Both the position numbers and the translations under genes were made by a program. The notes beneath the pieces are model-generated. The model saw only the letters and a list, made by a program, of their open reading frames with translations. It was not told the origin of the DNA and did no database searches. A stretch of 64,000 bases of DNA from Takakia lepidozioides (taxonomy: Eukaryota; Plantae; Bryophyta). The stretch lies in assembly GCA_030704615.1 (NCBI GenBank), contig CM060731.1, forward strand, positions 37,324,001 through 37,388,000, written 5' to 3'. This document shows positions 50,633 through 64,000 of this stretch, piece by piece (positions within the stretch are counted from its first letter, which is position 1; the number at the start of each line of letters is the position of its first letter).

Positions 50633-53600
50633 GGTGCGGAGATCTTCGCTCTGAGAAACCCTAGAACAGTAGTCTGACCTGAAGGTTCAAGTCATCACGT
50701 CATCACGAATATGTAAGCAAGATAAAAAAATGTCGATGAAGGTCCTACACATCTCAGGCTTTACTTTCATTCTAAGTTCCAAGGGCCAAACTTCAACTGG
50801 ATACATTACTCTAGGAAAAGTGTTGAATCCATACGCCGGAAACAGCTAACCTTACTTGTTCTCTGTTTGCCGAGCTCTGCTAAAAATCCTTCTTCTTCAG
50901 GAAGTTTCTGAAACTGTGTATGGGAACGCCTAAAGGCTAAAAGCGACAATCAGCTAGTTCTGGGGTTATATTCATGATAGATATGCCTAAGTCTCCTCTG
51001 TGGCTCAAATCTACTTCCAGGTGTCCCTTCTGCACAAGTATTAGAACATACCCAAGGCGCGTAGATGTGTATCTCTCAAAGGATGAGACACGTACGTATG
51101 ATCCTCCAGAGGAAAACTGCACCATTCATGAATGTGCTGTTAGAGGCTTCTCCTGCTCAACCACCCCCAGTATCTGGAAAGCTCATGGGCATAGAAGTGA
51201 ACCATAGGCGAAACTACGGCAATGGCATTGATTGCAGCTTGGAGCTTCTACTATATATATCAACTATCTCATCCACTCTTTGAAAGAAAAGCTACAAGGT
51301 CATAGAGCCACAGAGAGCTGATGCATCATGGGTGTTCCCTGCATGATAGTAAATAGTCTATAGCATCTGATGACTGCAACAAGACCACCTGGAAGTACCA
51401 TTGGGCAGGTTTGTGAAAAGCACCTGTAGCTGGTGGGACAGGTCTAAATGATCTGCGTCTGTATGGCTCAATATGGCTGCAGTTGATCGATGAGGTTGTT
51501 GTGATTTAGGTCTAAGAAAAACAATACGACAGACAATAGATCAGCTTAGAGCAATGAGACTACGAAGCTTGACATTTTCACTTCTCTTCTCTGTTCACAA
51601 GACCAAAGGAGAGATCAGCAAATACCACAGACAATAGATCAGCGTAGAGCAATGAGACTACCAAGCTTGAGATTTCCACTTCTCTGCTCACAAGACCGAA
51701 GGGGAGAGGGGCGATTATAGATCGGATTAGAGCAATGAGACTATGAAGCTTGAGATTTCCACGTCTCTGGAGAGATCAGCTTCACATTCATGATTTAGGT
51801 CCAAGAAAAACAACACCACCGAAAAAAGATCAGCTTAGAGCAATGAGCCTACGAAGCTTGAGATTTCCACTTCCGTGCTCAGAAGACGACAGGAGAGATC
51901 AGCATAGTCGAACACATGTGAGGTCATTGCAATAGGACGCCCAAGCTTACCTGTAATCATATCACGCAACACAAAGCCACAATCCAGAGCTCTTCTTGTT
52001 CAACGGAAAACTGAAAGAGATCTCTCAGCCCCATTCCAGCAGAGGTGATAAGCTTGGCTGACTGCACACAGAAGAGGGCGATGAGCGACAGCAGGCGGGA
52101 AGAAGGCTGTGAAGCGTGCCGGGCTTGTCTCTGCGACCCTACTGCGACGGGACATTTCGCGCATGCCAACCAAATGTATGGCCTTTCACGATTCCCATTG
52201 GGCAGGTATCTTCTCCGCATCAATACCCCAGCCGTACGCACTCAACAGATTTCAAACTCTCAGTTTTTTTCTTTGTAAGATTCGTTTGTCCGGTGGGCTA
52301 ATTAGGGTTTTTGCAACCAAACCAAATCTGAGTCCTTTTCTGTCGTCTTATTTCCCCACTGTTGCTTTTCTTGCTGGACATGTACCTGTAGTGCAGGTAC
52401 CCAAGTGGAGATTGAAAGAATCTTTGCTATAACTTAGGTTACACTTACTACTTACTCTGCTTTGAAGTTGGGAAAATTGTGCACCTAACAAGTTTATATG
52501 GAGTTTAATATACCTCAATGCCAAGTTGTGGACAACAAATTGTTTTGCTGCAGAATTATATTTTTGAAAGGAAATGAGATGCAAAAGACGCTGCCAGTTT
52601 TTTTTTTTTTTTCAGTATTCACTATTGGTATGAAGATCATGAAGTTGAAGCTTTCTCTCATTGTGTGGTCTACTTGACTCTAACTTATGTAACCTCAGTA
52701 CAAGTCATGTACACTGAGGTCCTGTGAAATAAGGTGAGGTTTTGGTGCAAAAAGTTTTGAGATTTGGAAGGTTGGCACTATCTCAACCTTCCAGGATAAA
52801 TATCAGCAGTTACATATTTAGCAATCGAATGAATATTCAACAGTATGCTAAGCACACCAAAAGAACCGACCTCCTCATGTACAGTACCCTGTAATGTAGT
52901 TTTGAACCCAAGATCACATTCAAGGTAATCTTGAACTAGGCCGTCAATACTGTTTCAGAGACTTCTCCTGCACACCGCAGCCGCGCCATAGATTCTTGCA
53001 ACCCTCAACAGACCACTGATCCAACTCTAACTCCAAACTTGGCGTGGTGCCTTGCCAACCCGAGTTTCTGAAAAGCATATGATCTGATCCAAGTGAATAT
53101 CATCATTAATCTGGCTGGTCCAACATGCAGTCTCCACTACATGTCCACTCCAGGAAGCTAGTACAGCAAGACCACCGTAGACCTCAGTGATACATAAGCT
53201 GCAGCTGTATCTGTCCCAGCTTGGTTTTGGAAGGAAGCTGCATGTGAAGGTTTCTCACAGTGATGCATTGAATGCGGCTATAACTACCGCCCCTTTTCTT
53301 TTATATATATATGTACACATAAACATTTGAGTCCGTCCATTTTGGACTGGAGTGCAGTCACTGGGCTGTATCACATCAGTAGTCAAAGAGTAGTCAAATG
53401 GCAGATGACCACTTCTATGCAGAAATAGATCTAGAGCTCCACCATTTACAGATGATCACAGTTTCGGCACCCTTTCAGATGTCATATGGCATTGCTATTC
53501 CAAGCTCTAGAGCCATTCAACATGCTTTCTCTCATGTTGGACTCTGGTTTTTCAGGATTGTTCAGCTAATTGATGATAGACCTAGGAAAATGTAATTCGA

Positions 53601-55169
53601 ATTATAGTTGAGGAGTCCAGAAACCAGAGCCACTACATGTCCCCAATTATTCAGGAAGCAAAGCAAGACCACAGTAGAACGTATGTGTTAAATCAAGCCA
53701 TCCGTGATGCATAAGCTCCAGCTGTATGTGGTTTTCGAAGGGACCTGCATGTGATGGTTGCTCACAGTGATGCACGGAATGCGGCTTTAACTGCCAGTTC
53801 CTTTTCTTTTATATATACGTGTACACGTAAAAATTGGTGTCCGTTCATTTTGGACGGGAGTGCAGTCACTGCGCTGTATCACATAAGTACTTAAATGGCA
53901 GATGATGACTTTGATGCAGAGATAGAGCTCCACCAAAGTTTTGGCACCCTTTTCGATGGCATGTGGCTTTCTTATTCCAAGAGAGCTATTGAACATGCTA
54001 TCTCCTTGATTTCTCCTCATATTTGACTGTGGTTTTGGAGGGTTGTTCAGCTAATTGCTGATAGACTCAGGCAAATGTAATTCGACTAGTTGAGGAGTCC
54101 AGAAACCAGAGCATCTAGCTACAGCAATTTATTGGGGGTGGGGCATCGCTAGCAGCTTGACATGGTGGGCGAATTGTCTTTCTTCTATCACATCAGTTAA
54201 AAGTTGGACTGGTATACAGATGCACACATCATGGTAGAAAACCCCATGAATCTCAGTTCCCTAAGTGCTGTTGTTTTTCTGGTTAGCCTGATAAGTTTTC
54301 AGATTGAAAAAAATCTTTTCTATACTTAGTATGTCACAAAGGAAATCTAAATGTCATTGAGTGCTCACCCATATTGGACATTTTCTATATTCTAACCAAG
54401 CAAATTTTTATTGTTTTACTTTCTAAATAGAGACCATTCTGAAGTCATGATTAGACCAAGTGATGGTTACAAAACATAAGGACGACATAGTAGGGCTAAT
54501 TTAAACCTTAGCCGATTGTGATGATTTACCGCTTCATTTACCCAAGGTGAGACAAATTCAGTCCAATAAATTAGGAGCCCCAATCAATGATCAAGCTTAA
54601 TAAGGGGGAGGTAGGTAGCCACATTCGAAATTTGTGACTTAGGGGTTCTGGAAATATACTCAGATGCTTACTGTAGGGTGTTCAACTTGAAGGTGAGTCT
54701 TCCCAACACTAGGTACTGCTTAGCTTATGCACATTGCTAACGGTGTCTACGTTATCTCAGTGACTCTTCTTGACCTCCACATAGATCATGTTATTGAAGC
54801 CTTGGGCTCTCTGGTGTTCATATGAAATAAGATGTGCAGGTTTTAGTTCTCAGATTTGTCAAACTTCCAAAGCCCAGAGGCCTACCTACTGACCCCGGCT
54901 GACCCCATGTGTTTCAGTCCCCTGTATCTTCCTGGACTCCCATCCAATTCACCTGCAGTAAACATAGAAAATGTAGCCCAGGGCAGGGGCTTTCCAATGA
55001 CACCTGCCTTGGGATAATTGGTGCAGCTGCCAGAAAGTTATGGCGATTTTTGTGGCCAATATCATAACGTTAGATCTGCCCTGCCCGCTGCCCGAGTCTT
55101 GGGCAGGGGTGGTATCTGGGAATTAGAGGCGGTGGGTTGGTAGGGTCCAACGATAGAGCGGGTCGCTTC

Positions 55170-55956
55170 CAGTGTTGTACCGGTATATAGGGTATTCCCT
55201 GGTATGTGCCCAGGTATATGCAATGGTATCAAGGACCCTCCCAGCCTGATATCAAGAGAAATACCCCGGCTATGCACAAGTTGCCCCCAATAAGTCCCAC
55301 ATTAATACCCTGGCTTCTACCATACCAGTATGGTATTCATTAATGTCATACCCTTGTAGATACCAGTACTCCCCTGTTGGTGTGGCAAAGTCCCTCAAGT
55401 ATTTGCTGTATAGCATAGGTGGGGGGCACTTCTTCAATGTCCAGTGTAGTGGCTGTAAATTTTACTTCAGAGGCTGATTTGGTCAAGGATCATGAAGATG
55501 AATTGCAAGAGGCTGGATATTTTTGATGACTTGGGAAATTAGACCTTAGCCTGCTACAAATGGGATTGATTCCATCTAAAATTGAATCAAATTCTGCAAC
55601 CACTCAATGAGGCACTTACAATTGTATTTATGGTGACTTCAAGAAAATACTTCTTTGATTTAAAATATCTACTTAGGAATTTTGGTACAACAAATTGCTC
55701 TTATTATTTTAAGGTCTGCAATGATCTTATCTAATACCAGACCCGGATATATGTATCACTGGTATCACCCAAACAACTACTCTATATTTATACCAGATCA
55801 AACAAAACTACTCACTTCTATTTATTTATACCAGTCCAGTATCTAAAATTTTTAAATTAATGTAACACCAGGACCTGCCATATCTTAAATTTAGTCCATA
55901 ATTCAATACCAGTACTTAGTCTGGTATGCCCAAATTTTAATATTGGTACAACACTG
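55170..55956. mobile_element. Non-autonomous hAT element, 787 bp
   Basis: 12-bp TIR CAGTGTTGTACC/GGTACAACACTG. 8-bp TSD GTCGCTTC at 55162-55169 and 55957-55964. Absent from copy 1. Confidence 0.95.
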
Positions 55957-55959
55957 GTC

Positions 55960-56901
55960 GCTTCTGGGACTCTGCCTGAGGGAAGTGGGATAAATACCAC
56001 ACTCCACAAAATAGCAGGATTTGAACCCAGACTCACCTTTCAGTGCACTGGTCGTCGCATTTATTCATTTCATATGGATGAACAAGAACAACATTTCATT
56101 GTAAATGGATGATCTGTATATATGTGTTCAAGCGGTGTTTCGATATGGATGACCCCGGTTTGACCTGTGGTATATAATGTTTAAATGCAGCTTATCCACT
56201 ATATTGGTGATTAAGTTATCCAATCTCTATTTGGGTACCTAACTCAACTACCCTTTGGAACAATGTAATTTGACTTGGAACCCTGCAGACTTCACTTAAT
56301 TCCTAATTTATGTTGAATGCCCTAATTGGATGGTTACAATTAGAGTAAGCTCCTATATAATGGCTAACTATGTATCCTTGGCCTACAACTTTTTTCATAT
56401 TTGACTACAAAATCTGCACCTGAGTCTGGCCACCTTATTAGAATTCATTTCTCCCTCTCAAGCGGCAGTTGAACTTTCCGGAAGGCTGGTCCGCGCTGTT
56501 CCGCACTGTGATAGTCTCAGCCCCATTGCTAGCCTGCCATTGGCTACTCCCATGCACACTCCGCTCTGGAATGGAATTCTACATGAACCTCATGTACGGT
56601 TGTTGGCCATCTTGTCCTAATTTTCAGAGTATTTGGACGAGAGTTTGTTAAACCTCCGTGCAGGCTAGTAATCCGGAGGCTGGGAGTTCCAAAACCGCAT
56701 TATCTGCACTTTGCCACCTTTTTGGTATAAGGTGTGTCTGTGTAAAAATAGAGGATGATCATAACTTAATGTTGTCAATCAAGTTAGGAAGGTCCTCTAA
56801 TAAATTTGAATGCCTCCCAAGAAATTCCATGACATGCTTACAATTTCCCTTACAAGTCCTCTAATTCCAGATGCACTGATCCTTTATTTCTCAGGGCTTA
56901 T
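55960..56901 (-). other. Segment inverted relative to duplicate copy 1 (~25500-26365)
   Basis: GCTTCTGGGACTCTGCCTGAGGGAAG and GATCCTTTATTTCTCAGGGCTTAT are reverse complements of copy-1 sequence at ~26340-26365 and ~25500-25523. Confidence 0.93.
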
Positions 56902-56926
56902 CCTTATAGCAAGGAGAGGTTATTTT

Positions 56927-57203
56927 CAGTGTTGGGCGGTTATTTAAACTTCTCTCTAATACCGGGCAGCTACCTATCCGGTTATATATGTATATGACCT
57001 GCGGAGGTGAAAAAATGAAGTAACCGGTCCAGTTAGGAACCGGCGGAGGTTAGGCATTCAAATATTCGAGCAAATAACCTCTTAAGGAACCGCCCACTAC
57101 CCGCGGTTATTTGTTTGAAAACCGCCGGTTATTTGAGGTTTTTGCAAGTACCTTGAAGCAACCAGAATGGCCGGTTATGAAAAACATCAAATAACCAACA
57201 CTC
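56927..57203. mobile_element. hAT MITE, 277 bp
   Basis: TIR CAGTGTTGG…CCAACACTC. 8-bp TSD GTTATTTT at 56919-56926 and 57204-57211. Empty site GAGAGGTTATTTTCTCC visible in copy 1 at ~26391-26407. Confidence 0.93.
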
Positions 57204-57529
57204 GTTATTTTCTCCACCCCTTATAATTAAGGAGCCTGATTTGTGAGCGGTGGCCGGTCGGATTTCCCTTTTCTTTTAACCATTACTCAAGGGAGATGTG
57301 GACGAAAATGATTGACCTTGGGTTCAACCCCTACCTATCCTGTTTCTGACCATTCCCTAATTAGTTTTTGTTACCCCACAAAGTATGGAGTGGGGATATA
57401 TACGCACAATCTCCCTCACTCACATAAAAACACAGCTACTTTTTTTTTTTTTTTTTTTTTAAATTTTAAAACCACAGCTGTCTACCGCTACCACCATCTG
57501 CTACTAGCAAGGCCACCAGGTGGTTCCCA

Positions 57530-60500
57530 CCTCGCCAACCTCGCCAAGTAATAGATCAGGCCCGGGAGTTGAATGCGAGGGAGCCGGTTCAGCCAGCGGG
57601 ACCCCCCACCACCCCCTGCCCACCCCGCCTCCCTCGCCCGCAAATCGTACAGCCGCTGCCGCGCGGCATGCGCCCCACCCCCGCCTCATGTGCCCGCTGC
57701 GGGGACATGATGCGTGCCCTCACCAGCATCCCTATCCCGCCTCCCATCCTGGGCATGGCATCGTCCTCCATCCCCCATGCATGCCTTCACACTCCCCATG
57801 CATGCCATTGCATCCATATGACCCCATGCATCTAGAATGACGAGGGTAGGTGGAGAATACACGTACCAGCTTTCGCTTTCGTTGCTATTGTTGGCTTACC
57901 GCGTCCCGTCATTCGTCAATTGGGTGGACAGCAGTGGGCAATCGTTCTACGATGCAGGATGTATTTGTCGTCTTCAAAGGTTGCAACGCTTCCGCAACAA
58001 ACGTTTCTTGCATGCAGGTCATTGTTATCGCTCCAAAACGATCACCATTATCATTGCGCTTCTTTGGATTTTCATTGCAGGTGAGTGACTTCTGCAATGA
58101 TACCTCCGAATCCCTCACATCTCTGCCATGTTCATTTCTTTCACCTATGTTCTTTCAAAGATGTTTGCATAGGTTCACCCGCTGGATCGTAAAAGAAACG
58201 TGGTTTTGTTTAGTCGCGACAAATAGGGATACTGAAAACGACGAAACGGGGCATGAAGGGAAACTACTGCATATGAACTATGTCTCCCTTGCCCTAAATG
58301 CACCATAGCCATACCTCAACAATCGTGGAATCACTAGAGTAGTACGCAAAGTGGACAAGTGGGCCTGTTTACTAGTCCTCGAACCACTTCATGCAAGCAT
58401 TCATATGGAGGTGAGGTGAAGATTTAGTTTCATATGGAGCTGAGGTGAAGAGTTCGTTACTGTGCTGTTACTTTACTGATCATGGGGAGACTGGTAAGGC
58501 ATAAACATGCCTACTTTGCAACTTGTGATGTTGTACCACAAGAATTGGAGGTGAGGGCATCACTTTCCTTAATTCACAGCCTCCCTCTAGGGACGTGCAC
58601 ATACGAGCTATCGCATTTTTCCTTCTTTCCGCATTCTTTTCTAATTCTTTCCTTCCTTTGCTGCATTTTCACTCTACATCTACACATATATCATATTAGC
58701 TGCAGTCCATTCATGGTGTTTTAGGGTTTAGGGTTTACCATTAGTGACATGCATACCATTGTGTGAGGTTTCTTTTTTGTGTTCATTTTCCATGGATGCA
58801 ATTGGTCTTTGCATGATTTATACCTTGCTTAGGATGTAGGGTGGGCATTTCCTGGACAGGTTTCTACGGTGCTGCAAGTATTGGCAGACGCAGCAATCAC
58901 GATGAAGGAGAGCAAAATGATAGAGAACCGGAGGGAATACCGCGAGACATACGACACTGATGAATACGAGGACCTCATATGCGAGTCCTACTCCAAGGCA
59001 AGGGTGCATGAACCTGGTGCGTCTAACAGACAACAATACAGATGCATATACTGTCGTCTACTTTTTGGGGATAAAAAAAAACTGAATTTGCACAGGATAG
59101 ATGGTTGTATGAAACATGGGCAAGATGAAGGTGCCCTCAAAATGTATCTTGTTTTGAACCCTGCCAGAGGGGTATTATGGAGGATATGCTCATGCGCCAC
59201 AATTTGATGCCACCTCGGAAAACCACACACTAGAAAAAACCAGCATCTTCTGGTGAACCACTGTCCCAAGAAATGGGTGATCATCTGAGAAAATCATCAA
59301 GGAAGAACAAGTCGCAAGTGCAGGTGGTCTTGACAGATTCTGAGGGGGACTGCAGCGTTCATACACGTGCAACAGCAGCTGATCCTTATGACTCCGACGT
59401 GGAGGCATTCGATGAAGCACCAAAACGCAGGAGGATTCAGCTCTCTTCTAAGGGCCCTTCATCCCATCATCCAAGGCATGAGAAAAAATTCACTTCAGAT
59501 ATTCTTCCTCCTGACAACTTCAAGAAAGGGTGTTTGAGGGCAGCAAAGGTGCATGCATCGCATTCGTTGGCAGGCAACAAAGGCAGCTCTGTGCCACGAC
59601 CTCAACACCCTCCACTTCCTCGCTCCAGGGAGGAGGCAGTTTCTTACTTTACGAACAAGTCCAAAAGTTTGTCTTCATCCATTGAAGTTCCCAAAAAACC
59701 TCCACATATTCCATGTCCTGGCTTTTTCAACCTACTGCAGCATTTACTTCCTCAAGCCTTCCCAAACATAGAAGATGCTCACTTTCAACAATCCCTCCGG
59801 CAACTCGTTGATGCCGAGGACTTTGCTATACGTCTATTGGGCGCAGCTTATGGCCGGTGGTGGATCAATAGACAGGTGAGTTCATACGACATCTGTTCAT
59901 GCAATCATTTTCATTTTGTAGCTGCATTTCCCTTATACATCCTCATGTTCATGGTTTGCAACCGAAACTCGCCTCTGAAAAGGTTTTCTGTATGAAAGTT
60001 TGGTGACTTGAACGTGGAAACTGCCGTGTAAACCAGCATGAAGCGCCACAGGACGAGAAGAATGCGGTCTTGGAAACCATGGCGTTGTGGGCAAATAAGC
60101 CTGGCGTTCCCTGCGATTATGCAACTGTCTACAAGGAGTGCACAACCATTACAGACTAGCATAAGTACATGATTGTCGTTGATGCTTGTGAAACGAAAGA
60201 AATTGCAAGACAAACAGAGTTGCATGTCATCAAAAACAAGTACGTTGAAGACCAGCTGGCTGTGTGGGATGCCAATTTTCATCGTGAAAATGAAGAACGT
60301 GAGTGGGGTTGGTCCCCTGTTTATACGATTGTTCATGCCGGTGCTGTGCTTGCTTCCCTTCCCACTTTCATGATGCACTCGCACGAGGAATCCACTCTCC
60401 TACGGGGTGTGTTTGCAAAGTACCGCAAGACAGGGCCACCTGTGAAATGCCCGGTAATTTTGCAGGTGTTGTGGACCATCTGGATGTCATATCCCAGTAG

Positions 60501-63500
60501 TACCGAGGCGGTTTCATCCCCTGCAAACCCATTGTTGCACGACGTGCTGGTTCAACTTGTTGGAACCGAAGAGGGCAATGCCATGCTGAGACATGCGGCG
60601 GCCAGTTTCCGTACTGTTGGCCGCTTTCTCTTTGCAGATCTGCCAGACAATCTCATGATGAGACGAACAGAAGCGTGGAGGATTTATTACATAGCGATGC
60701 GAGTTTCAGAGATATTGTGAAGAAGGAGATGACTGACTTTCTTGAAATGGCTCGTTTTCGTGCTTTGGGGGATCTGGCCATGTGCAAGCCAAAGTTTTTT
60801 GACACATTGTGGTGTACTGATGCAAGTAGCCATTCTGAGAGACAGGAACAATTCAAACCTTCCAGGATTTCCTCAAACATCGTGAGGACATTGACATGGG
60901 CTGGATTTCTAGCATGGAAGGTGATAATGTTTCCATGATTTTCCCTGAATGCACTTGCCTTCCATATGTCTGCATTGTTTTTGGTGCCCTTATACTCATG
61001 CAACCGTTTTCTGGTTTTGTAGGTGATATCGACCATGCATCATTGCACACAGCCTACCAGGAAGCATTTGTGCTGGTGCAATGCCTGGGGGATAGTAGAC
61101 GCAACCTGGATAATCACCGACTGACAGGTAATGATATTCACGAAGGTGAAGTGACAACACCCCCTCATGTTTTGCCTTCTGATCAAGCACTTTGTGCTAT
61201 CCTTTAGCGAGCTCACAACCAACCCCTTCCAGTCACGCCTACTACACCTACTTTTGGGTCACCCACAGAGCTCTTGCAAGACGCCGAGCCTACACCTGGA
61301 GTGGAAGGGAAGGTTGTTGTTTGAGACATTCATTGCCATGGGGAGGAGCCCCACCATGGAGGGGACGGTGCACTTAAAATTCATGAGTCCTGCACAACAG
61401 ACCTTACTCTACTGGGCATTCATGCCACTGAACCAGGTGCACTTATGCAAATGGAAATGGAATTGCATTCAAGCCAGGCATGTATTATCAGCCCCGCCCC
61501 CTTGATGACCTTACTCATTTCTGACACACGGTCTGCTATGCCTGCAGCAACAGGAATGAGGTCCTCAAAATCCCATGTGCATTATGTGAACCACTCATTT
61601 GCTTTTGGTGCAAGGAACGCCCTCCTTGGTCCGTTACCTAGAGCTCTCCCTTGCAGGCCAAAATTGAGTAGTGCCCGTGGAAGTGAAGTGGGCACTAAAG
61701 GAGCATCAAGCAGTGTTGTCGAGGACAACAATTCATGGCGCTCCATCCGCTTCAACGATGACACGCACGTGGCGACTTGTTGCTTCCATCTCCACCTCAT
61801 GCAATCGAAGATACAAACGCCTTGCAGGGCAAAGATGGGAAATCGGTCACAACACAAGACAACAATGCGTCTATGCCAAGCCTTCGTCGCTCCTCCCCGT
61901 CAGTACTGAATGCCCTCTTTCTGGATCAGTTTTGAATTTCCTGTCCCAATGCGCCAGATTCTTTGGCATCCTCTTGCTGACATGAACGTGTGGTATGTGA
62001 TTGCAGGATCCATGAAAAGCTCAAATCCACGTGAAACTGTCAAGAATCTGTATCTTATTTCTGACATGGAGCGGAAGGTGCAGTATTTTCCACTGCAAAT
62101 AGAAATCCATGAGTCTGTCACTTATCCACCCCCTGGGCTTAACCAAGAGATCTGCATCATCTAGTCTAAGATTGACGTGGGGGCCTACAAATGTTTGGAA
62201 AAACCACACATCTGATGAGTTTTTGACTTGGACACCACATGCTATCTTGAAGACACCAACATAACGAAACATGTCAAAGAAGGGAGATTTGTACAATGAG
62301 GGCCAATGAGGTAATTTTGTGAGCACTACAACAAATATGGTGGGGGCGCTCCTTCTATTCTGCAGTGGATGCAAGCACGTTTCCCCTACCTTCACTGTGA
62401 TGGGGTGGAGGCAATGATTATTCCTGTTATATATGCGTATGTACTCTGCTGCAGGCTACCCTGTATTACATATTGTTGTTCTAATGTTGACATGCTATTA
62501 TCACAACTACATACATGTTCTAACGCTGCTATTTGCACTTGTCATGTGCAGTCAGCATTGGAGTGTCGTCATTCTAGAATCCAATCAGTACCTTCATTTA
62601 AACAGTGTGAGAATGTCACATACTCACAGGATGTTGAAGTCGTTGTTTGCACGTTTTTGGGCACTTTACAGAGGATTACAACCACCTAGCCTGCAATGGC
62701 AAAATGCAACTACCCCCCGCCTCTGGTTGTATCCCCGTGTCCCCCAACAGGCTACTACTTGGGAGTGTGGTTGTTTCACGACACATTACATAGGTGTTTA
62801 CTTGAATCAAACTTTTTTACATCCACGGGCTGGAGGTGCGGGCCCGGTATATGTTTATGATTGTTCATGTCCATATTGGTGCCATTCATAGTATGTCTTT
62901 CATTTATTCACACGGTGTTTTTTGTCCCTTCTCTGATCCTCATTCTGCGGTTTGTTTCTGCAGTTCAACAAGCATTGGTTTCTGTTGCATGAGGTTGCCA
63001 AGAAGAAGCAAATTGGGGATGTTGTATTGCTGGAATTGTAGAGCACAAGCCATGATCAACCATACTCTATTGGGGAAGATGAGCCTGTCCCCGATGTGGT
63101 CCATGGCTACGCCACAAGACCGGCATGCTCATTCATGCATCGATGAATAGCAATTGCCCCTTTAGGAACTTCTCTATGATATTTTAATACAATTTGCAAT
63201 TGTTTGATGTATGATGACATTCTTTACTCTACAATTTTATTTTTCCCTCTACAGTCACTTCACTGTGAAGAACCCATGGGAAATGTAGTCATGGTGGAAT
63301 GGAATGGCTTTCATAGCAGGGCCCTGTGTCATGTCTGATACATTTGTGGATGCCATATCGAGGTAGCAAATGTCCATGGTCAGCCCTCTTTATGGAATGG
63401 AAGGGTGTCATTCCCATCTTTCCTTGTGAGGGAGAAAAGCAGATATGGCCTGGCCATGATTTCAGCATCGATGTCTTCTTTCTATGCAGAATATGCATGC

Positions 63501-64000
63501 TCCAGTGATGATTAAGGCCAATGACGATGAGAGGCTCACAATGCAATCTGGACCCCTCTGAATATTGCCATAACGAAAACCACAGGGCACACATTGCCAT
63601 GAGAGCAATGTAGTAAGTCTCCAGGGTGCCGAGGCTTTCATGCGGGTTGCTTGCATGTACACTGAAATTGTTGGCACTTTGGGACTCTAATGATGAAATG
63701 CTAAATTCATGCTTTTCTATGGGGGCCCTCTTATCCTAGCACACAATCACTGGCGTCCATTCATCACAACAAAAAACCAGTGTGGGGGAACAACTTCATC
63801 TTATTCGAGAAGGATTTCAAATGTGTCACTCACCTCCCTCACAAATCAATTGTGCAATTCCGCCACCATCATGCAGTTCCAGCAGCTTTAGCATCTACAA
63901 GGTAATCAACAATCTGTGCTCTCATGCACGTTGCTGTGTGTGCATGTCACTGTGTTGGTGGTGGCAAAGTCTACAACGCAATATCCATTGGTGAGCCGCA
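57530..64000 (+). mobile_element. Large decayed DNA-transposon-like region (MULE/CACTA-type cargo) with intron-containing ORF remnants
   Basis: Begins where the duplication similarity stops. GC-rich leader, broken plus-strand ORFs with GT-AG introns, and a Ulp1-type protease, a known MULE/CACTA cargo. No transposase or TIR identified. Confidence 0.45.
61905..62830. pseudogene. Ulp1/C48 (SUMO/NEDD8-type) cysteine protease, N-terminal part inverted
   Basis: Plus strand MIIPVIY|QHWSVVIL…HLNS…VPQQATTWECGCF (His and Gln/Cys catalytic motifs). Minus strand 62184-62024 DADLLVKPRGWISDRLMDFYLQW…IQILDSF. Confidence 0.75.

Larger units (their letters stand above)
45413..57530. repeat. Direct segmental duplication, copy 2 (contains KNOX paralogue B)
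   Basis: Collinear with 16039-27493 apart from indels, two hAT MITEs and a ~0.94-kb inversion. Confidence 0.93.

Noticed and set aside
45413-57530. Haplotype or assembly duplication artefact
   Set aside because: The copies differ by many substitutions, indels, private TE insertions and an inversion, consistent with a real older duplication.

Overview
Eukaryotic, TE-rich plant DNA, probably from a non-seed plant such as a bryophyte (class II KNOX genes, Tcn1-like chromovirus, CACTA/hAT/Harbinger/L1 repeats). Host genes: one 3-exon HMA-domain protein (11453-14154, +) and two divergent 7-exon class II KNOX homeobox paralogues (17298-21181 and 46712-50632, both -). The KNOX pair lies in an ~11.5-12 kb direct duplication whose copies are separated by ~18 kb of nested transposons. 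Two retroelements stand out. (1) A Ty3/gypsy element (1096-9951, DDE integrase, 4-bp TSD, dUTPase-like domain, extra 5' ORF) has circularly permuted ends in an A-internal-B-A-B arrangement. Its right end matches the predicted 2-LTR circle junction, suggesting integration from a circle opened at an internal CACA-TA-TGTG palindrome. (2) A decayed Ty3/gypsy element (~33390-42190, -) carries a DNMT3-like cytosine methyltransferase between protease and RT, hidden because a 1.84-kb inversion splits the domain across both strands. Also present: several small inversions, MITEs with clean TSDs, an L1 LINE, a SINE and a Ulp1-protease-bearing transposon-like region. All calls were made by eye with no database searches.
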